Of a DNA stretch of 32,000 nt, positions 20,987 through 26,313 are shown one piece after another. Numbering within the stretch: position 1 is the stretch's first letter; each line of letters begins with the position of its first letter. The position numbers and the translations under genes were made by a program. Under the pieces are notes generated by a model. The model was not told where the DNA came from. It was given only the letters and a program-made list of their open reading frames with translations, and did no database searches. Origin of the DNA: Candidatus Scalindua sp. (GTDB taxonomy: Bacteria > Planctomycetota > Brocadiia > Brocadiales > Scalinduaceae); NCBI GenBank assembly GCA_031316235.1, contig JALDRA010000001.1:2970001-3002000 (forward strand), given 5' to 3'.

Positions 20987-21098
20987 ACTCTAAACCTGCC
21001 TTTCTTGCTTTTTTAAGAAGAAAAACAATACCGCTAAGGAAAACAGGAAATTCAGGTAAAGAACTAAGAGTAGCGGTAATTAATTTAATGGAGAAGTT

Positions 21099-21344
21099 AT
21101 GTCAGAACAAAATGTAACAAAAAAACTTCAGGTGATGCTACCTCACTGGATTGAACACAATAACAACCATATAGCTGAGTTCAAAAAGTGGGAGGGTGAA
21201 GTTCGAGCAGAGTCCGGACGGGAACTCGCCAAACTGCTGGAGAAGGCCATTCGTGACATGGAGGAGGCGGGAAAGTCACTCTCCGAAGCACTTGAGAAGG
21301 TTGGCGGTCCATTGAAAGGCGAGAGTGGGCACCATCATCACTAG
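21099..21344 (+). CDS. cooJ: CooJ-like histidine-rich nickel metallochaperone
   Basis: 81 aa, helical. It carries the motif HWIEHNNNH (nt 21144-21170), an exact H(W/F)x2Hx3H, plus a C-terminal HHHH tail (21330-21341). A GGAGAAG RBS is present. Confidence 0.6.
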   Translation: MSEQNVTKKLQVMLPHWIEHNNNHIAEFKKWEGEVRAESGRELAKLLEKAIRDMEEAGKSLSEALEKVGGPLKGESGHHHH

Positions 21345-21346
21345 CT

Positions 21347-21477
21347 AGTGGTTGAACTGACATACCCACCTACTATACTGTGTTGCGGTAAAAATCTCGT
21401 AATCCTCACGGCCTTGAGTACGCTCAGGATCCGAAATTATTACGCATCTTGTTTCTGGCCAATTCTGGTTCAACCAC
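21347..21477 (+). repeat. Repeat family B, copy B2 (131 nt)
   Basis: Termini are AGTGGTTGAAC / GGTTCAACCAC. A 47-nt internal core is ~85% identical to B3. It starts 3 nt after the stop of the CooJ-like ORF. Confidence 0.8.
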
Positions 21478-21578
21478 AGGGTTTCCGTTCAAGCACCAGT
21501 TAGTTGACAAAACCAACCACTCGTATTCGGATTTTTAAAGAATAAGCAATTACACAGAATTTCGTTGAAAAATATGGT

Positions 21579-21694
21579 GTATTTACTCATCTCATACTGG
21601 ATTTCGGATAAAATCCGAGATAAAATTGAGCGAGTATACCTTCACCAAGATTTGGTTTCCGGTAAAACCGAAAACCAAATCGGTTTTAGTATAT
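21579..21694 (+). repeat. Repeat family A, copy A-3 (full length, forward orientation)
   Basis: Two hairpin modules: GTAT..ACTC...GAGTATAC, and GATTTGGTTTCCGGT-AAA-ACCGAAAACCAAATC followed by GGTTTT. Termini are GTAT(TT)ACT / AGTATAT. Confidence 0.85.
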
Positions 21695-21807
21695 CCTATC
21701 TGTAACAATAAATCTGGGTATGAAATATTAGATAAAAGTTTAAAGACCAACTTCATAATTGATTGACCTTATTTTGAATAAAATAGAAAAACAGGGGCAT
21801 TAACACT

Positions 21808-22017
21808 ATGAGTGACGGGATTAAAAGCGGTAAAGAGGTTATTGCCGAATTCTTCGCAGATATTATGAATATAGAAGGGGTAGACAAAAAGACTGTTGAG
21901 AAGCTGACATCCTTGTACAGTGAAGGAAAACTGACTGATACTAATATCCAGAATGTAATGGAGAGACTACTTCAAGAAGAACTGGAAACAATCGAGGAAG
22001 AAGATGGTAAAGATTAA
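21808..22017 (+). CDS. Hypothetical small acidic protein (69 aa), translationally coupled to the downstream ATPase
   Basis: 18 D/E vs 8 K/R, predicted helical. Its last 14 nt overlap the ATG (22004) of the next ORF, and the GAGGAAG RBS for that ORF lies within its coding sequence. Confidence 0.55.
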   Translation: MSDGIKSGKEVIAEFFADIMNIEGVDKKTVEKLTSLYSEGKLTDTNIQNVMERLLQEELETIEEEDGKD

Positions 22018-24430
22018 AACAATCAACATCAGTGGAATCAGGGGTATTAAAAACCCTTTGTCGCTAAACCTGAAGAGCGGGTCGATTATGATTTTTGGCG
22101 AGAATGGGTCGGGAAAAAGCTCTCTGACTGATGCAATTGAATGGTACTATTCAGATAGTGTAAAGCATTTGGTCAGTGAAGAAACAGGATTAACCAAAGG
22201 AAGAGGATCGTTGCGTAATCTATTCATTCCAGATAGTGAAGACGCCTTCATCAGTATTCAGTGTTCCAACAAAAAATTGAATGCAACAAAAACTATTGAC
22301 AGTTCATTGAAGGCTTCCGCCTCCAATACAACAGAAGATTTCAATGATTATTTGATTGCAACTCAATCTGAAAACCTAATTCTACGCTACAGCGATTTGG
22401 TAGAGTTCATTATTGCCTCCAAGACTGATAAGCTCAAGAAACTCCAAAACATTATTGGTTTTTCTGCTGTTGCTGATGTCCGTGATCTTCTCAAAAAGTC
22501 TGCTGAAAAAATCGAGCGCACCATCAAATCGGCCAACTATGATAATCAAAAAAACTCTCAACAATCTGTTGTACTTGAAAATCTCGGGCAAAATGCCTAC
22601 ACTGATGACCAACTTTTTGCAGGAGTAAATCAGCTAATAAAACCGTTGCAGATTAAAAAAGACATAAGATTGCATAAAGATATCCAGGATGTTCTAAATG
22701 CGATTGAAACGAAAGAAGATATAACTCTTTTAGCGCAGGTCAGTTTCTATAAAAAGGTTGGAGAAAACTTAACGGAAATTATCGGGAATATTGACAGTAT
22801 ACACTCAAGCTATAAAGCTTATTACACAATCTACACCGAACTGCAAAAAGACCCTGGAAATATTCAGAAACTACAACTCCTCTCTTTATTGAAAGAAGGA
22901 CAGAGCATTTTGAAAAATGATGTTGTGAAGGATGATTACTGTCCACTCTGCCAACAAGTAAAGAGCAAAATTGAATTGATTAGAGAATTAAATGAAAGGA
23001 TTAAAGAATTAGAGGAACTAGAAGAAGAGAAGAGCAAGTTAGAAGAATGGAGACAGAAAGTAACAGATATTCTGCGAGCCAACATCAATATTATTGAAGG
23101 ACTACTCAAAGAGAAATGTTTCAAAGAGGAGCCGTATGCCACACTTCTTGAGAATATTCAGCAAGTTAAAACCTTCCTGAATGTATTTTCAGATGAACTA
23201 AAAAAGGAATTAATAGCTCAAGACCTAATTCAGGAGCTGAGCAGAATACGGATTGATAAGAAAGTATTATCTGGAATTGCCAGGCAAGTGAAAGGCATGG
23301 CAAAAACGCTCACGGAAAAGAAGAAATTCAATATAAAATTTCAAATCTACACCAAGCTATTTCATGCAGTCACCGCTTACAATCAATATAAAAGCATTAA
23401 AAGAAAACAAGAAATATTAACTAAACAACAAGTGACATTCCAGGTGCTTTTTGCCGATTTTATTAAAAGACAGGAAAAAGCTTTAAATGTGTTTCTGAAG
23501 ATGTTTTCAACAAACATTGATGAATATTACACTACCATGAACCCCAATGAGGGAATAAAGGATATTAAGCTTGTGCCTATCAAGAACAGGGACGATGACA
23601 TGGTAGGAATAACAATTGAGAGTTTCTTCTTTAGTGAGACCAAAACGCCACCAAGCGCTTATTTGAGTGAAAGCCATATCAATTATCTTGGCCTTTCGTT
23701 CTTTTTAGCTTCTGTAAAAGCATTCAATAAGCAGAATAAGTTTTTTGTTCTTGACGATGTGATTTCAAGTTTCGACAGGCCACACAGATCAAGGTTTGCA
23801 AAATTGCTGACTGATAAGTTCGGCGACTACCAGATTCTGTTACTTACACACGAGAAAGAATTCTCTGAATTAGTGTCCAGTGTTGTTAAGAGCAAAGGAT
23901 GGCTAATTCAAGACTTTAAATGGTCACGTGAGAATGGGGTAGGAGTTGAAAACGCTACAACTGACATTAAAGACCGTATTCTCAGGAAATTTGAGAATAA
24001 AGACATAGACGGTCTTGGTAATGATATCAGAGTTTATACTGAAAAGGTAATGAAAGAAATCGCATACAACATAGAGGCCAGAGTGGCTTTTAAGTATAAC
24101 GGAATCAATGAAAAGAGAATGGCCTCTGAACTATTAGATGCTGTTCATAGACAGATTTCAAAGAAGGGAAATGGTTTAAAGGATAAGGCCAACATCCAGA
24201 AACTCAAGGGAATGTCAATGTTCCTTGCCAATATCACGTCTCATGATAATGAGTTTTCTGAAAGCATTGGGGACTTAGCAGCAATATGGGAAGATGTTGA
24301 GAATACTGTTCAGACCTTTTACTGCGATGAGAAAAAATGTAAGAAGTTTATTTCAATCAAGTATTTTGATAATGTGGAAAGCAAAATCCGGTGTGGGTGT
24401 GGTAAGTTGACCTACGATTGGAAGAAGTAA
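22004..24430 (+). CDS. Rad50/SbcC-like ABC ATPase with coiled-coil zinc hook and a C-terminal extension (RloC/PrrC-like, AAA_13-type architecture)
   Basis: 808 aa. Walker A GENGSGKSS (22097-22123). A ~510-aa K/E-rich helical insert carries CPLC (22940-22951) near its midpoint. A signature-like LSESH, Walker B FFVLDD and H-loop LLLTHE follow. The ~190-aa C-terminal region ends in a four-Cys cluster (CDEKKC...CGC). Confidence 0.8.
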   Translation: MVKIKTINISGIRGIKNPLSLNLKSGSIMIFGENGSGKSSLTDAIEWYYSDSVKHLVSEETGLTKGRGSLRNLFIPDSEDAFISIQCSNKKLNATKTIDSSLKASASNTTEDFNDYLIATQSENLILRYSDLVEFIIASKTDKLKKLQNIIGFSAVADVRDLLKKSAEKIERTIKSANYDNQKNSQQSVVLENLGQNAYTDDQLFAGVNQLIKPLQIKKDIRLHKDIQDVLNAIETKEDITLLAQVSFYKKVGENLTEIIGNIDSIHSSYKAYYTIYTELQKDPGNIQKLQLLSLLKEGQSILKNDVVKDDYCPLCQQVKSKIELIRELNERIKELEELEEEKSKLEEWRQKVTDILRANINIIEGLLKEKCFKEEPYATLLENIQQVKTFLNVFSDELKKELIAQDLIQELSRIRIDKKVLSGIARQVKGMAKTLTEKKKFNIKFQIYTKLFHAVTAYNQYKSIKRKQEILTKQQVTFQVLFADFIKRQEKALNVFLKMFSTNIDEYYTTMNPNEGIKDIKLVPIKNRDDDMVGITIESFFFSETKTPPSAYLSESHINYLGLSFFLASVKAFNKQNKFFVLDDVISSFDRPHRSRFAKLLTDKFGDYQILLLTHEKEFSELVSSVVKSKGWLIQDFKWSRENGVGVENATTDIKDRILRKFENKDIDGLGNDIRVYTEKVMKEIAYNIEARVAFKYNGINEKRMASELLDAVHRQISKKGNGLKDKANIQKLKGMSMFLANITSHDNEFSESIGDLAAIWEDVENTVQTFYCDEKKCKKFISIKYFDNVESKIRCGCGKLTYDWKK

Positions 24431-24685
24431 TGGGTAAGCGCAAATCAGTATACTCATATGGTGTTTGCTTACTTTGTTCCATGAATTTTTAAGAATGAGA
24501 AAGAGAAGAAACAGATGCAACGGACTTGCTGGAACGACTTTCTTCCGGAAGTTATCTAGTTTAAACTTCGAAGCCTGCTTCGATACATTAACATCGAATA
24601 CGCGAAAACATCTATTACCGGCTGCGCATATAACCATTACAATCCGATGCCATTCGAATCAAGTCGTTTGCAGGAAAAAATTGAA

Positions 24686-24946
24686 GCAGGCCCTCTTGAT
24701 ATGCCTGAAGAGATTGAAGGGGTCTCTCTTGAGACTCTATTTTTAGAAGAGCTTAGCACCGTTAATGAATAGTATAACATGTGATATAATATTTACTATT
24801 GGAGAACATCGAACAATAGTGAAGTTGATTTTGTTGTATATGGAAAAAAGAGATTAAAGGCTTTTGAAATTAAACGATCACGAAAATTTAAGAGAAAAGA
24901 CTGAAACGGGCTTAAATTATTGTTGAAAGATTATCCCATAGCATAA
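24686..24946 (+). pseudogene. Decayed 3' remnant of a DUF4143-type AAA ATPase gene
   Basis: A single frame reads ...GVSLETLFLEELSTVNE*YNM*YNIYYWRTSNNSEVDFVVYGKKRLKAFEIKRSRKFKRKD*NGLKLLLKDYPIA*. The YYWRT..(E)VDFVV...iEiK pattern is the C-terminal signature of DUF4143 ATPases. There are three in-frame stops and no N-terminal P-loop part. Confidence 0.5.
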
Positions 24947-25010
24947 ATGTTGTTGAACCGGAACAAAAAGTAATACACTTCTGATGTGTTCTGGCTCGGT
25001 CAGGTTGAGG
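24947..25010 (+). repeat. Repeat family B, degenerate/internally deleted copy B4
   Basis: The left end ATGTTGTTGAACCGGAAC matches the B left terminus at ~14/17. The right part TGTGTTCTGGCT...GGTTGAGG resembles the B2 tail TGTTTCTGGCC...GGTTCAACC. It starts 1 nt after the pseudogene stop and ends 6 nt before the nfo ATG. Confidence 0.35.
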
Positions 25011-25015
25011 AGAAA

Positions 25016-25861
25016 ATGATGAAAAGGATTGGAGCCCATGTTAGTTCAGGGGGTGGTGTCGAGAATGCCCCTTTGAATGCAAAAGAGATAGGGGCCAGGG
25101 CGTTTGCCCTTTTTACGAAAAATCAGAGACAGTGGAAAGCGAAACCTCTCACGAATGAAAATATCGAGAAGTTCAGACAAAATTGTGAGGATGCCGGCTT
25201 TCTTCCGGAACAGATCCTCCCTCATGACAGTTACTTGATAAACCTTGGGCATCCGGAAAAAGAGGGGTTAGAGAAATCAAGGGATTCCTTTATTGAGGAG
25301 ATGCGGCGTTGTGAACAGCTGGGGCTCTTAATGCTTAATTTTCATCCTGGCAGCCATCTTAAGAAGATTTCAGTGGATGCATGTTTAAAACGGATTGCTG
25401 AGTCCATTAACATTGCGCTGGACATGACCAGGGGAGTTACGGCCGTGATTGAAAATACAGCGGGACAGGGTACCAACATTGGGTTTAAATTTGAACATCT
25501 GGCCGCTATTATCGATGAAGTTGAAGACAAAAAGAGAGTCGGAGTCTGCCTTGATACATGCCATACTTTTGCTGCCGGTTACGATATTCGAACAATGGAT
25601 ACTTTTAAGGCCACAATGGATGAATTTGAAAGAGTTGTTGGCCTGAAATATCTAAGGGGCATGCACCTCAATGACTCCAAGTCTGATCTGGGGAGCCACG
25701 TAGACCGTCATCACAGCATCGGAAAGGGGAAGCTGGGAGTCGACCCTTTTCGGTTTATCATGAATGATAGCCGCTTTGAAGAGATTCCCATGGTATTGGA
25801 GACAATTGATTCTACCATCTGGGCTGAGGAGATAAAGCTGCTTTATAGCCTCATTGATTGA
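25016..25861 (+). CDS. nfo: Endonuclease IV (AP endonuclease)
   Basis: Motifs ENTAGQG, CLDTCH and HLNDSK. A GAGGAG RBS upstream of the ATG at 25016 makes that start more likely than 24986 in the ORF track. Confidence 0.93.
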   Translation: MMKRIGAHVSSGGGVENAPLNAKEIGARAFALFTKNQRQWKAKPLTNENIEKFRQNCEDAGFLPEQILPHDSYLINLGHPEKEGLEKSRDSFIEEMRRCEQLGLLMLNFHPGSHLKKISVDACLKRIAESINIALDMTRGVTAVIENTAGQGTNIGFKFEHLAAIIDEVEDKKRVGVCLDTCHTFAAGYDIRTMDTFKATMDEFERVVGLKYLRGMHLNDSKSDLGSHVDRHHSIGKGKLGVDPFRFIMNDSRFEEIPMVLETIDSTIWAEEIKLLYSLID

Positions 25862-26080
25862 ACGAAAACTACCCATCTACTGCTTTAGGGTTCAGAGAAC
25901 CCTCGCGGTACTAATTCCGGAATCCTCACGTACTTGAGTACGCACCGGTTCCGAAATGATTACGCGCCTTGTATACTCATTTCATAATGGTTTTCGGATA
26001 AAATCCGAGAAAAAACGGAGCGAGTATACCTTCACCAAGATTTGGTTTTAGTATACCTGGGCAGTTTTGGTTCAACCGAT
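25853..26080 (+). repeat. Repeat family B, copy B3, interrupted by an A-family insertion
   Basis: The left end ATTGATTGAACGAAAAC contains the nfo TGA stop. The right end is GTTTTGGTTCAACCGAT. Removing 25971-26056 restores collinearity with B2. Confidence 0.75.
25971..26056 (+). mobile_element. Repeat family A, copy A-4, nested inside B3 (second hairpin deleted)
   Basis: GTATACTCATTTCATAATGGTTTTCGGATAAAATCCGAG...GAGCGAGTATACCTTCACCAAGATTTGGTTTTAGTATAC. It has precise GTATAC ends and no flanking duplication visible. Confidence 0.85.
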
Positions 26081-26212
26081 TCTTAAAGTAATCGTTGATG
26101 GGGGTGTCGGAGAAATGCGTATTGAGGATTACAGAATGTTTCAAAGGAATCTAAAGAAATTTCAAATTCCCGTTTTTACAGGAATGACAAACTTTACTTT
26201 TTATATGAAAAC

Positions 26213-26256
26213 AAAAAAGCCACCGTTCAATCGAATAAACAGATCGATCGGTGGCC
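26213..26256 (-). terminator. Probable intrinsic terminator downstream of the formate dehydrogenase gene
   Basis: On the - strand, GCCACCG...CGGTGGC (26219-26225 / 26249-26255), with inner ATCGA/TCGAT pairing, is followed by TTTTTT (26213-26218). It begins ~60 nt after the fdhA stop. Confidence 0.55.
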
Positions 26257-26313
26257 TCTAAAAGTGAACAGCGTATTTTCCAATCCCATCTCAGGCATTG
26301 AAGAATGTGGTAA

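Noticed and set aside
20432-21477. Family B as a retron msr/msd-type ncRNA (inverted a1/a2-like ends) serving the nearby ATPase
   Set aside because: No reverse transcriptase ORF occurs anywhere in the window. B occurs four times, each after a different gene, which does not fit a single retron locus.
24353-24746. ORFs 24353-24637(-) and 24465-24746(+) as real genes downstream of the ATPase
   Set aside because: They overlap each other and the ATPase 3' end, and have no RBS or recognisable motifs. The region is better explained as the decayed upstream part of the DUF4143 pseudogene.
26067-26261. 64-aa ORF between B3 and fdhA
   Set aside because: It starts inside the B3 right terminus, runs across the probable fdhA terminator hairpin, and has no RBS or motif.
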